NCBI GenBank assembly: GCA_963824995.1
Contig: CAWGRK010000010.1
Span: forward strand, 270,081 to 334,080
Length of the DNA: 64,000 nt
Reading direction: 5' to 3'
DNA from: an uncultured Actinomycetes bacterium
GTDB lineage: Bacteria; Actinomycetota; Acidimicrobiia; Spongiisociales; DATADW01
A program made the translations under genes and the position numbers. Below are positions 42,321 to 52,674 of the stretch, one piece after another (the first letter of the stretch is position 1; each line of letters begins with the position of its first letter). The notes under the pieces were generated by a model. That model saw only the letters and a program-made list of their open reading frames with translations. It ran no database searches and had not been told where the DNA came from.

Positions 42321-43564
42321 TCAGGCTTCACCCCGGGCGTGGTCGTCACGCCACTGCTGGATGAGCCCCCAGAAGTGGTCGGTGAACTGATCCCACTCGT
42401 GTTCGGGGAAGAGGGCGACGACCTTGGAGCGGACCGCCTGGCGCGCCTCGGAGGTGCCGAAGAACTCGTGGGCCACCTCGTCCAGGTCGGCGAGGGTGGT
42501 GTCGCAGAATTCCCAAAAGCGCTCGGTTTCGAACCGGTCCCTGGCGATGACGCCGTAGCCGGCAAGAGCCTCGCGATAGGGCAGACCCTGGTCGGCGAGT
42601 TCGAAGTACGGGTCCCAGTCCAGGTTGACTCTCATGGGCCTCTTGGTGATGGCACAGAAGAGCGCCCACCGCACCTTGGCCATCACCAGCCAGGGGAAGT
42701 GGTAGTGCAGCGAGGTCACCTGCGAGTCGGGGCAGGCGTTGGCGAAGTCGATGGGCACGAAGCCGCCGTTGGAGCGCAGTGCCTCGCACGAGTTGAAGTC
42801 CCATCCGAAGAAGCTGTTGATGGTGAGCGCCATGTCCTCGAGGAGCGAGGCCTCGTCGGCATCCACGAACCCGTAGTCGGTGGAGTACCGCTCGTGGAGC
42901 GGCGCTCCCGGGTCATACCGGATGATCCGTGTCTGCGGCCCCACCCCGAGCACCCGGACGAACACGTCCCAGGGCTCGGCGGCTTTCTGGAGATGCATGA
43001 CCCGGCGGCCCGACTCCTCGTACGCCGCCTGCAGCTGGTCGGAGTTGTCGATCCGGCTCACACCCACCCAGGCGCCCCCGTCGTACGGCTTCATGAAGAT
43101 CGGGTAGCCCAGCTCCTCGCCAACCTGGCCGAAGGTCGAAAAGCCGGGCGTAGCGCTGCAGGGTCGGCTCTAGGTCGGTGGTGGGCTCGTACTCTTTCGG
43201 TGGGACCATCCAGGTGTCGGGGACGGGGAGCCCGAGCCGCATCATCGCCACGTATGAGGTGTGCTTCTCCATCGACCTGGAGCGACCAAGGGTTGTTGAA
43301 GACGTAGAGGCCGTCCATCAGAACGGCCTTCTTGATCCACTCCCTGCTGGTGTGGTACCAGTGGGTTAGCCGGTCGAGCACGACGTCGTCGCGCGTGTCC
43401 TGCCGAAGATCGAAGGGCTCGATGGTGATCCGCTCCACCTCGATCCGGTGCGTCTCGCCCTCGTGGGCGACGGCTCCGAGCCGGTTGACGATCCCCTCGA
43501 AGCAAGCCGGCCAGCAGAGGTCGGCCCCCAACGACAGCCCGATGACCCTGGTCGCATCAGCCAT
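42321..43564 (-). pseudogene. ATP-grasp superfamily protein (about 415 aa); two frame changes (about 43270 and about 43100)
   Basis: Pieces MADATRVIGLSLGADLCW ... YVFNNPWSLQ / MEKHTSYVAMMRLGLPVPDTWMVPPKEY ... / MKPYDGGAWVGVSRIDNSDQLQAAYEESG ... YDPGAPLHERYSTDYGFVDAD. The last piece has the ATP-grasp K-P-x-D-G-G glycine-rich loop. Confidence 0.5.
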
Positions 43565-43607
43565 GGTCGAAGGGTACGGCAGTCGACGGGACCGGTGAGT
43601 CGCCGAG

Positions 43608-44748
43608 CTACTCATATGTCAGCCAGAGCGGGCCGGGATAGAGGTAGGACAGCCCTTGTCTCATCCGGTCGCGCCAGTTCTCCCAGTTGTGCCCGTCGCG
43701 CGCCTCGGTGAAGAGGACCTCCATGCCCGCCCGCTGCAACATCGGAACCAGCGACCGGTTCTCATAAATCAGTGATTCGTATACGCCACAGCTCACATAT
43801 ACCCGGTCGGCGGGTTGCCCCGGGTCGGACCGGAACCGGTTCATCCAGGTGACTACCGGCTCGAACATGGGGCCTCGCCTCGTCTTCCCGATGTCGGTGA
43901 ATGCGAACGATCCCGACTGGAGCATGAGCCGGCCCCATGTCCCCGGGTACATCCAGGCGGTGGAGAGCGAGGCGACCGCGCCGAGGCTGGCCCCCATCGA
44001 GACCGCGCCCCCCCGGTTCGTCCACCAGCGGATAACGGTCGGCCAGCAAGGGCAGGACCTCCTCGGTGATGTGACGGGCGTGACGGGTGTCGGCGGCGTA
44101 CTCCTTGAGCCGGTTTCCCGGGTCGGTCAAGGCAACGATTAGCGGAGCCACCTCGAGCCGTGTGATCAGGTTGTCGAGCACGTGCTGGAGTGACGAGTAG
44201 CGCAGGTAGTCAGAACCGTCATGGACCATCAGAAGGGGGTACTTCCGCCCGGGGCGAAAGCGCGCCGGCAGGTAGACGAGGACCGTCCTCCTGCTACCGA
44301 GCGCGGTGCTGTCGATCTCTAGGTGCTCCATCGATCCGGGTCGGGAATCCGGATCGGCACCGGCCCACTCAGGAGTGCGGTAGCCCTCGGTGGAGCAGAC
44401 CGAGTTGGCGCCGAAGGGATCGTGCGCCCGCCTGGGGTTGAGCGGGTCGAGAATCGTCTCGCGGTGCCCGTTGCGTGTGACCCCCAGCTTGTATTCGATG
44501 CGCGACTCTGCGGGGAGGTCCATCGAGAGGTGCCACACGTTCGTGCCCGTCACGCGATCGAATGGCTGAGTGCCTGGCAGGCCGTAGATCCAGTGGTCCA
44601 GATCCACCCTGTCCGCCTCCCCCACGAACACGAAGGTCGTGAGCCCTTCGCCCTGGATTGGAACACCATGTTTTTCGAGGAATCGCAGGAGCGGCGCTTC
44701 GCCGCGACGGGCCGCCGCCCTGAGCCGCCGCACGGTTGGGGACATCAT
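43608..44748 (-). pseudogene. Esterase-family protein with N-terminal Ig-like domain (enterochelin-esterase-like); one frame change near 44000
   Basis: N-terminal frame MMSPTVRRL ... LLMVHDGSDYLRYS. C-terminal frame MGASLGAVASLSTAW ... (GxSxG nucleophile) ... ARDGHNWENW. Confidence 0.6.
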
Positions 44749-45677
44749 GTCGACTGCTCGATCGGTCTCACTGAGCCGTCGGCGCCGATATGCCGCCCAC
44801 CGTTGTGGAGTGTGACCCTCTCTCCGTCGAGCGCGATCCATTCACCCTCATCGAGAGGAACAGCCATCGCCGGCGCCATCCTTCGAGCGAGCACCGAAGT
44901 TCGTGCCGGGTCATCGAGACGGAGCCGCCTCTTGGCGTGGGGGAAAGGCTGCACCGATCGGTACCTGGCGAGCCCATTCTCGAGCACCTCGGTGTTGGCC
45001 GCCCCCTGTGGGGGGTTGTCGTGGTAGACGAAGACCCGCCGGGCGAGCGCCATGGCGCCCGCCGACCAGGCGACCACCGGGCCGTCCCCCCAAAGCCCGA
45101 GTACGTCGAACAGCCGAAGCCGGTTGAGGACGACGACGACGTGACCTCCGGCGACAGCGAGAAAGGACACACCTCCCAGGACATCGGCCACCTCGGCCCG
45201 GTGACGTGCCACCGACGGTCGTTCGGCCAGGCGAACCTGCTCGCCCCATGCCCGGTGAACTGCCTTCAACCTCTCGGCGTGCTCGGTGTCGAGGTCCGTC
45301 AATTGGCGGAGGGCGGCATCCCGCTCGGTATCGAGGTCGTCGCTCTCCCCCTGTCGCGCCATCAATTGGCGCGCCGCCTCGAGGGTGTGCCGCAGCCTCA
45401 CCCGGTGGAGCGACTGGAGCGCCCTCAGCCGGTCCTGGCGGCTCCGGTGGGACTCGGCAAGTCCGGGGTCTTCGGCGAATACCGCCTCGGCCCGGTGGTA
45501 CAGACCGAGGTTGACCACATCGGTGGCGAGATGCTCACGAAGCTCCGAGTCGGCCGACTCGAGCTCCTGCCAGCCGGCGGTCACCAGCCCCACCGGACCC
45601 TCCAGCCCGAGTCGCTCAGCCACCGAGGCAAGGGTTGGCCCGAGACGCTGCGGCCCGAGCAGGACGGTGATCGGCAC
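44745..45677 (-). CDS. Peptidase S51-family protein (cyanophycinase / dipeptidase-E-like)
   Basis: 310 aa; AGGHVVVVLNRLRLFDVLGLWGDGPVVAWSAGAMAL carries the S51 nucleophile context (SAGA). Confidence 0.6.
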   Translation of the reverse strand: MPITVLLGPQRLGPTLASVAERLGLEGPVGLVTAGWQELESADSELREHLATDVVNLGLYHRAEAVFAEDPGLAESHRSRQDRLRALQSLHRVRLRHTLEAARQLMARQGESDDLDTERDAALRQLTDLDTEHAERLKAVHRAWGEQVRLAERPSVARHRAEVADVLGGVSFLAVAGGHVVVVLNRLRLFDVLGLWGDGPVVAWSAGAMALARRVFVYHDNPPQGAANTEVLENGLARYRSVQPFPHAKRRLRLDDPARTSVLARRMAPAMAVPLDEGEWIALDGERVTLHNGGRHIGADGSVRPIEQST

Positions 45678-45755
45678 GCCTGGAGGCTATCGGGGACCGC
45701 ATGGCAGGAGACTGCAGCCCCGCCGGCAGGGACTTTCGGCCCTATTGGCGAGAAA

Positions 45756-45785
45756 ATCATTAGTCGTTGACTAGACAACTAATGA
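45756..45785 (+). promoter_or_regulatory. Perfect 9-bp inverted repeat ATCATTAGT-N12-ACTAATGAT overlapping the Rrf2-like gene start (candidate autoregulatory operator)
   Basis: Left arm 45756-45764, right arm 45777-45785. Inner TTGAC/GACAA extends the dyad. The ATG of the downstream ORF sits inside the right arm. Confidence 0.45.
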
Positions 45786-45967
45786 TCGTCGGTTTCAAAA
45801 GACGCACCGATCTCGCCCTGGCCGCGCTTCAAGCGCTTGCCAGGGTCGGCGGAAGGGTCACCCGATCCGACCTCGCCGCCGAGACCGGTACCACGCCATC
45901 GTTCCTCCCCCAGGTGATGGCACCCATGGTGCAGGCTGGATGGGTCAAGTCGGGGCGCGGCGCCTAA
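45781..45967 (+). CDS. Truncated Rrf2-family winged-helix regulator (N-terminal HTH only, about 62 aa)
   Basis: MIVGFKRRTDLALAALQALARVGGRVTRSDLAAETGTTPSFLPQVMAPMVQAGWVKSGRGA* matches the Rrf2 DNA-binding helix region but stops before the dimerisation helix. The convergent nitroreductase gene occupies the space. Confidence 0.45.
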
Positions 45968-46368
45968 CTCTCCGGCGGCCCGCCGCCGGGCGATAGCGTG
46001 AATCGGACGAGCGGTGAACTCTCGACCCAGCGGTCTAGGTCGGCTCGGGCGCGGTCGGGGTCGGTGCCCCAGTTCTCGGTGAGCATCCTGAAGAGGATGG
46101 CGCCACGCTCCTCCGGATCGCGGATCGGCTCAGCCAGCGCCTCGAGGTCTGCGGTCACACCGCGCTTGAGATGGAGCGTGAACCGTGGGTTTGCCTGCAG
46201 ATTGGCCAGCCAGTCGCGCTTGAACCCGGGCTTGCCACCGATGTAGTGCTCTCCGTCGAAGGTGTGGAAGAAGATCTCCTTGCGGCGGGGAGCGCCGCTC
46301 TGCCTCCCGGTGGTGGTGATGTCGGCGATGCCGCCCTCTTCCAGTGCCTCTGTGATGGTGCTGTCCAT
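45964..46368 (-). CDS. Deazaflavin (F420)-dependent nitroreductase-family protein (Ddn/PNPOx-like split barrel)
   Basis: 134 aa; IADITTTGRQSGAPRRKEIFFHTFDGEHYIGGKPG ... family pattern. Confidence 0.7.
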   Translation of the reverse strand: MDSTITEALEEGGIADITTTGRQSGAPRRKEIFFHTFDGEHYIGGKPGFKRDWLANLQANPRFTLHLKRGVTADLEALAEPIRDPEERGAILFRMLTENWGTDPDRARADLDRWVESSPLVRFTLSPGGGPPES

Positions 46369-46463
46369 TGACCCGGCAACGGTGTGGTGCCGGGGAGTAT
46401 TCCGGCGGGGCCCTCCCTTGAAGGCCGACCACTACCATCGCCGCTCCGCCGTCCCGGAGCGCC

Positions 46464-47738
46464 ATGTCCGCCACCATCGTTCTCGGTGCCCAATGGGGTG
46501 ACGAAGGAAAAGGAAAGGTGGTCGACGCTCTAGCCGAGACCGCCGACATGGTCGTCCGCTATCAGGGCGGCAACAACGCAGGCCACACCATCGTCGTCGG
46601 CGAGGAGCGCTTCGCCCTCTCCCAGATCCCCAGTGGTGTCATGTATCCGCACTGCACCCCGGTCATCGCCTCGGGGTGCGTCGTAGACCCAAAGGTCCTC
46701 CTCGCCGAGATCGATATGTTGACCGAGCGGGGAATCGACCCGAGCCGCCTTCGGGTTTCGGGGAATGCGCACCTGGTGATGCCCTACCACCGCAAGCTCG
46801 ATGCCGTCATGGAGCGATATCTCGGTCGAAACAAGATCGGGACCACCAAGAAGGGGATCGGCCCGGCCTACACCGACAAGGCGTCGCGCACCGGCATCCG
46901 CATCCAGGACCTCTTCGACCCGAGCATCTTCCGAGACAAGCTCGATACGGCGCTGACCGAGAAGAACAAGATCCTCTCCAGGGTCTACAACCAACTCCCG
47001 ATGGAGGCGGCGCCCATCGCCACCGAGTACCTCGGATACGCGGAGAGGTTGTTGCCCTATGTCAGCGACACGTCACTGCTCGTCTGGGAGAAACTCAGCG
47101 ATGGAGGCGATGTCGTTTTCGAAGGCGCCCAAGCCACGTTGCTCGACATCGATCACGGGACGTATCCGTTCGTCACCTCGAGCAACCCGACAGCCGGGGG
47201 CGCGCTGACCGGAACCGGTATCGGCCCGAAGGCGATCGACAGGGTCATTGGCGTGACCAAGGCGTACATCTCACGGGTGGGGACCGGCCCATTCCCAACC
47301 GAACTCGACGACGAGGTCGGCGACGCCATGGTCGAGTTGGGCGGGGAGTACGGGACGGTGACGGGTCGCCGCAGACGTTGTGGCTGGCTCGATCTGGTGG
47401 CTCTGCGCTATGCGGCCAGGATCAACGGGCTCACCGGGCTCTTCCTGACCAAGCTCGACATCCTCAGCCACTTCGAAACGCTCCGTGTGTCCGTCGCCTA
47501 TACATCGCTCGGCGAGCGATACACCGAGTTCCCCAGACAGCAGCGGGTCCTCTACAACTGCGTCCCCGTGTACGAGGAACTCCCCGGTTGGTCGAGCGAC
47601 ATCAGCGGGGCGCGCACCTACGACGACCTCCCCAAGGAGGCGCGTCAGTACGTCGAGTTCATCGAGGACCGTGTCGGGGTCCCGGTCGAATGGGTCTCCG
47701 TCGGCCCCGAGCGGCAGCAGATGATCTCCAGGCCATGA
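46464..47738 (+). CDS. purA: Adenylosuccinate synthetase
   Basis: MSATIVLGAQWGDEGKGKVVD P-loop; GPTKKGIGPAY; full length 424 aa. Confidence 0.95.
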   Translation: MSATIVLGAQWGDEGKGKVVDALAETADMVVRYQGGNNAGHTIVVGEERFALSQIPSGVMYPHCTPVIASGCVVDPKVLLAEIDMLTERGIDPSRLRVSGNAHLVMPYHRKLDAVMERYLGRNKIGTTKKGIGPAYTDKASRTGIRIQDLFDPSIFRDKLDTALTEKNKILSRVYNQLPMEAAPIATEYLGYAERLLPYVSDTSLLVWEKLSDGGDVVFEGAQATLLDIDHGTYPFVTSSNPTAGGALTGTGIGPKAIDRVIGVTKAYISRVGTGPFPTELDDEVGDAMVELGGEYGTVTGRRRRCGWLDLVALRYAARINGLTGLFLTKLDILSHFETLRVSVAYTSLGERYTEFPRQQRVLYNCVPVYEELPGWSSDISGARTYDDLPKEARQYVEFIEDRVGVPVEWVSVGPERQQMISRP

Positions 47739-49044
47739 AGGCGCTTCTCGTCGGTGGTGGTGGGCACGGCACGCGCTGGCGTGGACGATGCACCGGTCAA
47801 CAGTCGATCTCCTGCTCCTGCCGGGGAACCCGGGGATGTCCACCCTCGGTGCGCGGATCGAGGGCGTCGAACCCACCGACGTAGGAGCCGTGGCCGCAGT
47901 GGCCGCCGCCCAGCGGGTGGATCTGGTGGTGATAGGCCCGGAAGCGCCGCTGGCCGCCGGGCTGACCGATGCATTGGCATCCCGTGGTATCCCGGTCTTC
48001 GGTCCGACCCGGGCAGCGGCCCGTCTCGAGTCGTCGAAGTCTTATGCCAAGGAGGTCATGCGACGAGCAGGAGTGCCCACTGCGGCGGCTGCCGTCTTCG
48101 ACGAGGCCGGCGCGGCACACGATTACCTTCGGGGCAGCACCGGCCCTTATGTGGTCAAGGCCGACGGGCTTGCCGCCGGCAAGGGTGTCCTCGTTACCGA
48201 TGAGGTCGAAGCGGCCCACCTCTGGGTGGATCGCTGCTTCGGCGGCGACTTCGGCTCGGCGGGTAGCACCGTCCTGATCGAGGATTTCCTCTCCGGCCCG
48301 GAGGTCTCGGTCTTCGCCTTGTGTGCCGGCACCGAGGCGGTCGCGCTGGCGCCGGCTCGCGACCACAAGAGACTGCTCGACGGCGACCTGGGGCCGAATA
48401 CGGGGGGCATGGGCGCCTTCTCCCCGGTCGACGACCTCCCGAACGGATTGGTTGACGATGTCCGTGACAACGTCGTCCTCCCCGTCCTGGCGGCGATGGA
48501 GGAGCTTGGCGACTCCTACACCGGCTTCCTTTATGCGGGACTGGTCTTGACGGAAGTCGGTCCCCAGGTACTCGAGTTCAACTGCCGGCTCGGGGACCCC
48601 GAGGCTCAGGTGGTTCTCCCTCGGTTGGAAGACGACCTGGTCGGGGTGATGCTCGCCGCACTCGACGAGAACCTCCCCGGGATGCTGCGGTGGTCGCGGC
48701 GCGCCGCGGTAGACGTGGTGCTCGCCGCAGCCGGTTACCCCGAGCGCCCCCGCACCGGTGATCGGATACGCGGGACCGATGCCGCCGCCGACCTCGCGGA
48801 TGTCCTCATCTTCCACGCCGCGACGGCGGGAGACGCCACACGGCCGCTCACGGCAGGTGGGCGGGTGCTCAACATCGTCGGGTTGGGCGATGACCTGGCA
48901 ACCGCCCGTCGACGCGCCTACGAGGCGGTGGACCTGGTCAGTTTTCCCGGGATGAGCTACCGCACCGATATCGGGGCACAGGCATCTCCCGGCGTCGAGA
49001 CCGGTACCGTGCCCACGCCACAGCAGAGGAGTGTGATCGCTTGA
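47735..49044 (+). CDS. purD: Phosphoribosylamine--glycine ligase; 1-nt indel about 10 codons after the start
   Basis: ATG 47735 (ATGA with the purA stop) gives [10 protein letters not shown], then the frame shifts to REHALAW...[11 protein letters not shown] (the ORF-track frame from 47788). ATP-grasp body intact. Confidence 0.85.
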
Positions 49045-49523
49045 CCTCCGAAAAGAGCGGCCGGGGACGCGTCGCCATCCTCATGGGCTCTGGATCGGAC
49101 CGCCCGGTGATGCAGCGAGCCGCGGATACGCTCGAGAAGTTCGGGATAGACCACATGACCAGGGTGTTGTCAGCCCACAAGACCCCCGATGAGGCCTTCG
49201 CCTTTGCCACATCGGCCGCCGATGAAGGCTTCAAGGTGATCATCGCCGGGGCCGGCAAGGCGGCCCACCTTGCGGGTGTCATGGCCGCCAAGTCGACTCT
49301 TCCCGTGATCGGGGTTCCGCTCGCCGCGTCCCTCGACGGCTTGGATTCGCTGCTTGCCACCGTCCAGATGCCAACCGGCGTCCCGGTGGCAACGGTGGCG
49401 ATCGACGGTGCGGTCAACGCTGCCTTGCTGGCCGTTGCCATCCTCGCCTTGTCGGATGATGATTTGGCCGCCTCACTGACCGCATACCGCGCCGACCTCG
49501 CCGAGGCGACGCTGCAGGGGTGA
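49041..49523 (+). CDS. purE: N5-carboxyaminoimidazole ribonucleotide mutase
   Basis: 160 aa; [14 protein letters not shown] ... SAHKTPDE ... [17 protein letters not shown]. Confidence 0.9.
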   Translation: MTSEKSGRGRVAILMGSGSDRPVMQRAADTLEKFGIDHMTRVLSAHKTPDEAFAFATSAADEGFKVIIAGAGKAAHLAGVMAAKSTLPVIGVPLAASLDGLDSLLATVQMPTGVPVATVAIDGAVNAALLAVAILALSDDDLAASLTAYRADLAEATLQG

Positions 49524-50686
49524 GTGTCAGGGTCGGGGGAGGACCCGGCCCTACCCTGGCTCGGGTGAGGCTGCGACGGAAGGTTCTGATCGCCCTCGTG
49601 ACGCTGGTGGCGTGCAACCCAGGTGGCGCCGTCATCACGTCCACTACAGCATCGACGGTCACGACCTCGTCCACCTCGCCTCCGACCACGGTCGCGGCCA
49701 CTGCGCCCCCAACCACGGTTGCACCGTCTACCACCACCGAACCACCACCCACGGCTTGTCAGGCATTGCGGGTATTGCTCGACCAAGCCGAGCGGGTGAC
49801 CGATATACGCACCCGCCAACTGGCCGGCGCGGGTGGTGAGACACCGCCCACACCAGAAGCCCGGCTGCTCAACAGATTTGCCTCGGCCTATCGGATCCTG
49901 GGCGACTCCACCTCGGGACCGACGGCTCGCAACATCAGGTTCGCCCGGGTGGGCCCGCTGGAACGGGCAGTCCGATGGATGGTGACCACCGAGGGCAGGC
50001 TCGATCCAGAGGCGTCGGGATCGTCTCGATACCTCGCTGCCACGCTCCCCGCGGTGGAGTTGGCCGCTGTCCCCCTGCTCCCTCGTCGAGCGCAACATAT
50101 GCTCGGAGCATGCCGCGGTGTGGACACCGATCCGACAGCAACCGTCCTCAGCGTCGGGATCGAGCCGGTCGGACGAAGCCTGGTCCCGGGCAGTGCCGTC
50201 CTCACGGAGATCGACGAGGCCCTCGACGGATTCACCGATCCATCGGTCCTGGACGCACTGCCCCGCCGATGCCGTGATCTCGCTCCGGATCTCGAGGACG
50301 CCTACGCCACGACGATCGGAGCGCCGCGTGTCTATGCCGAGGTCAGCGGTGAGGTTCTCGCCTGGGCCGGACTGCTCTGCGAGTTCGGCCCGCCGGCTGA
50401 CGATGAAAACGCAACGGTCGCCCATGTCCGGCTGCTCTCCGGACCGGACTGGTTCGCAAGGAACTTCTCGGGGTCCGACCGGTCTCAATCGCTGCCCGGA
50501 GCATTGGTTCGGACGACCTCCAGTCCGATCTGGCAGGACCGGCTCACCAGGGGCGAGACCTGGCTGGTGGCGGCAGCGCGCGACCGGGTGACCGGGGCCG
50601 TGGTTGCGGTTGCCGTCCCCCGACGTCTCGGAGCCCAGGTGCGGGATGCGGCACTGATCGAGGTGATCGAGAATCTCAGCGATTAG
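49520..50686 (+). CDS. Hypothetical lipoprotein with Ser/Thr/Pro-rich linker
   Basis: Lipobox LVTLVACN, then [39 protein letters not shown], then a globular domain with no recognisable motif. Translationally coupled to purE. Confidence 0.5.
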   Translation: MSVRVGGGPGPTLARVRLRRKVLIALVTLVACNPGGAVITSTTASTVTTSSTSPPTTVAATAPPTTVAPSTTTEPPPTACQALRVLLDQAERVTDIRTRQLAGAGGETPPTPEARLLNRFASAYRILGDSTSGPTARNIRFARVGPLERAVRWMVTTEGRLDPEASGSSRYLAATLPAVELAAVPLLPRRAQHMLGACRGVDTDPTATVLSVGIEPVGRSLVPGSAVLTEIDEALDGFTDPSVLDALPRRCRDLAPDLEDAYATTIGAPRVYAEVSGEVLAWAGLLCEFGPPADDENATVAHVRLLSGPDWFARNFSGSDRSQSLPGALVRTTSSPIWQDRLTRGETWLVAAARDRVTGAVVAVAVPRRLGAQVRDAALIEVIENLSD

Positions 50687-50689
50687 CGG

Positions 50690-51868
50690 TCACGAGACGG
50701 CGCGGCGCAAGTCGGCGCTCAGGTTCCCCTTCCGGCCGACCACCACCTCGCCCATTCCCAGCCACTTCGCCATTTCCCCCAACTCAACTGCCAGGTCGGG
50801 AGCGATGGCAGCACCGTCCACGCTCGTCTCACGGTGTGCCGCCCTGGCGAGCAGTTGGCCGGCGGCGCGGTCGGCCTTGAGGTCCACCCGGGCGACTAGC
50901 TGGTCGCCGAGGAGGAACGGGAGTACGTAGTAACCGAACCGACGCTGTGGTTCGGGTACGTATATCTCGATTCGATAGTGGTAGTCGAAGAGCCGCTCGG
51001 TTCGCGGGCGGAACCAGACGAGCGGGTCGAAAGGGGCCAGCAGTGCCCTGGCGTCCACCCGCCGCTTGAGCGGGATCTCAGGGTCCAGGTAGGCGGGCTC
51101 GGTCCATCCTTCGACCGAGACCTCGGTTAGCCGCCCGGAATCAGCCAGCGCAGCCAGTTGGCGACGTGCCGGGGCGAGCGGGATGCGGTGGTAATCGGCC
51201 AGGTCGGCAGCGGTGCCGATCCCGTGCGATCTGGCGGCGATGAGGAGGAGACGCCGGTGCGCCTCCTCCTTGGAAAGCGGCTCCTGGGCGAGGATCTCGG
51301 GTGGTATGACCCGCTCGGTGAGGTCATAGCGACGGACGAAGTTGACCCGGTCGGCAACCGAGAGCCGGCCGGCAAAGAAGTGCGACTCGAGGGCCAGCTT
51401 GGTATCGCTCCAGTCCCACCATGGTCCTCTGGCCCGCTCGGCGCCATCCAGGTCGGCCGCCGTCACCGGTCCTCGGGCGGCTACCTCCTCCAGCACCGAG
51501 CTCAACAGACCGGGTCGCTCCCGTTCCAAGCGACCGCCTCCCTCCCGGCTGTAGGTCTCCATGCGGTAGACGTACAAGGGCCATTGCTCCACGGGGATCA
51601 GAGACGCAACGTGGCCCCAGTACTCGAACAAACCTCGGCGGCGGTAGGCGTAGTCGTCGAGCATCGCCATCGGGTAGGAGCCGAGACGCGAGAAGAGGGG
51701 CAGATAGTGGGCTCTGGCCAGCACATTCACCGAGTCGATCTGAAAAAGCCCTACCTGCCCCAGCACCCGGCGGATGTGGCGAGCGTCCACCCGGCCAGGT
51801 GGCCGGGGGTCGGCCAGACCCTGAGCTGTGATGGCGATGCGACGCGCCTGAGCCAGTGTCAGATTCAT
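50690..51868 (-). CDS. YcaQ-family winged-helix protein (DUF1006; crosslink-repair DNA glycosylase-like)
   Basis: 392 aa; FQIDSVNVLARAHYLPLFSRLG ... LFEYWGHVASLIP YcaQ signature. Confidence 0.65.
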   Translation of the reverse strand: MNLTLAQARRIAITAQGLADPRPPGRVDARHIRRVLGQVGLFQIDSVNVLARAHYLPLFSRLGSYPMAMLDDYAYRRRGLFEYWGHVASLIPVEQWPLYVYRMETYSREGGGRLERERPGLLSSVLEEVAARGPVTAADLDGAERARGPWWDWSDTKLALESHFFAGRLSVADRVNFVRRYDLTERVIPPEILAQEPLSKEEAHRRLLLIAARSHGIGTAADLADYHRIPLAPARRQLAALADSGRLTEVSVEGWTEPAYLDPEIPLKRRVDARALLAPFDPLVWFRPRTERLFDYHYRIEIYVPEPQRRFGYYVLPFLLGDQLVARVDLKADRAAGQLLARAAHRETSVDGAAIAPDLAVELGEMAKWLGMGEVVVGRKGNLSADLRRAVS

Positions 51869-51918
51869 GGCGCCACGACTCTATATCCGGGATCGATTGC
51901 GGACAGCTGGCCCACCGG

Positions 51919-52674
51919 TCAGGACCGCTGCCAGGGAATGACGAGGCGCTCCAGCCATGAGACCAGAGCCACGAAGCCGACTCCGAGCAGGGCCAACACG
52001 GCGATGATGGCGAACACCTCGTCGGTGTCGAGCGCCCGTTGCTCGAGCAGCAATAGGTATCCCAGCCCCGCCCTGGCACCGACCCACTCGCCGAACACGG
52101 CACCGAGAACGGCGAGCGCAGCCGCCACCTTGGCACCGGAGAAGATGAATGGAAGTGCCGACGGGATCCGCACCTCGCGGGTGATCGTTGCATCTTCCGC
52201 ACCGAAGCTGCGCATCAACCGCACCAGGTCCTCGTCCACCGAGGCGAAGCCGTCGGCGGTGGCAACGGCCACAGGGAAGAACGTGATCAGCGCCACCACC
52301 AACAGCTTGGGGAGTATCGAGAACCCGAACCAGATGACCAGCACGGCAGCGATCGCCGGGATGGGAACCGTCTGGCTGGCCACCAGCCACGGGTAGAGGG
52401 CACGCCGCGCCAATGCCCACGACCCGACGACCACCCCGATGAGAGCGCCCAACAGAGCACCCAGTATGAACCCGAGGATCATCTCGGCGGCGGTGACCGC
52501 GGCGTTGGCCAGCAGCGTCCCCGGCTGGCGCGCCAAGGCAGCACCCACATCGATGGGTGAAGGGATGATCCGAGGGTCGGCACCCGTGACGTCGGTGACC
52601 AGTTGCCACAGAATCAGCATGAGCACGGCGAAACCGATCGGTGCTGCGACCGGCGACAGCCGGCGATCAGGCAC
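51919..52674 (-). CDS. ABC transporter permease, NitT/TauT (SsuC) family
   Basis: 251 aa, 6 TM, EAA-like loop in FGAEDATITREVRIPSALPF. Confidence 0.8.
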   Translation of the reverse strand: MPDRRLSPVAAPIGFAVLMLILWQLVTDVTGADPRIIPSPIDVGAALARQPGTLLANAAVTAAEMILGFILGALLGALIGVVVGSWALARRALYPWLVASQTVPIPAIAAVLVIWFGFSILPKLLVVALITFFPVAVATADGFASVDEDLVRLMRSFGAEDATITREVRIPSALPFIFSGAKVAAALAVLGAVFGEWVGARAGLGYLLLLEQRALDTDEVFAIIAVLALLGVGFVALVSWLERLVIPWQRS

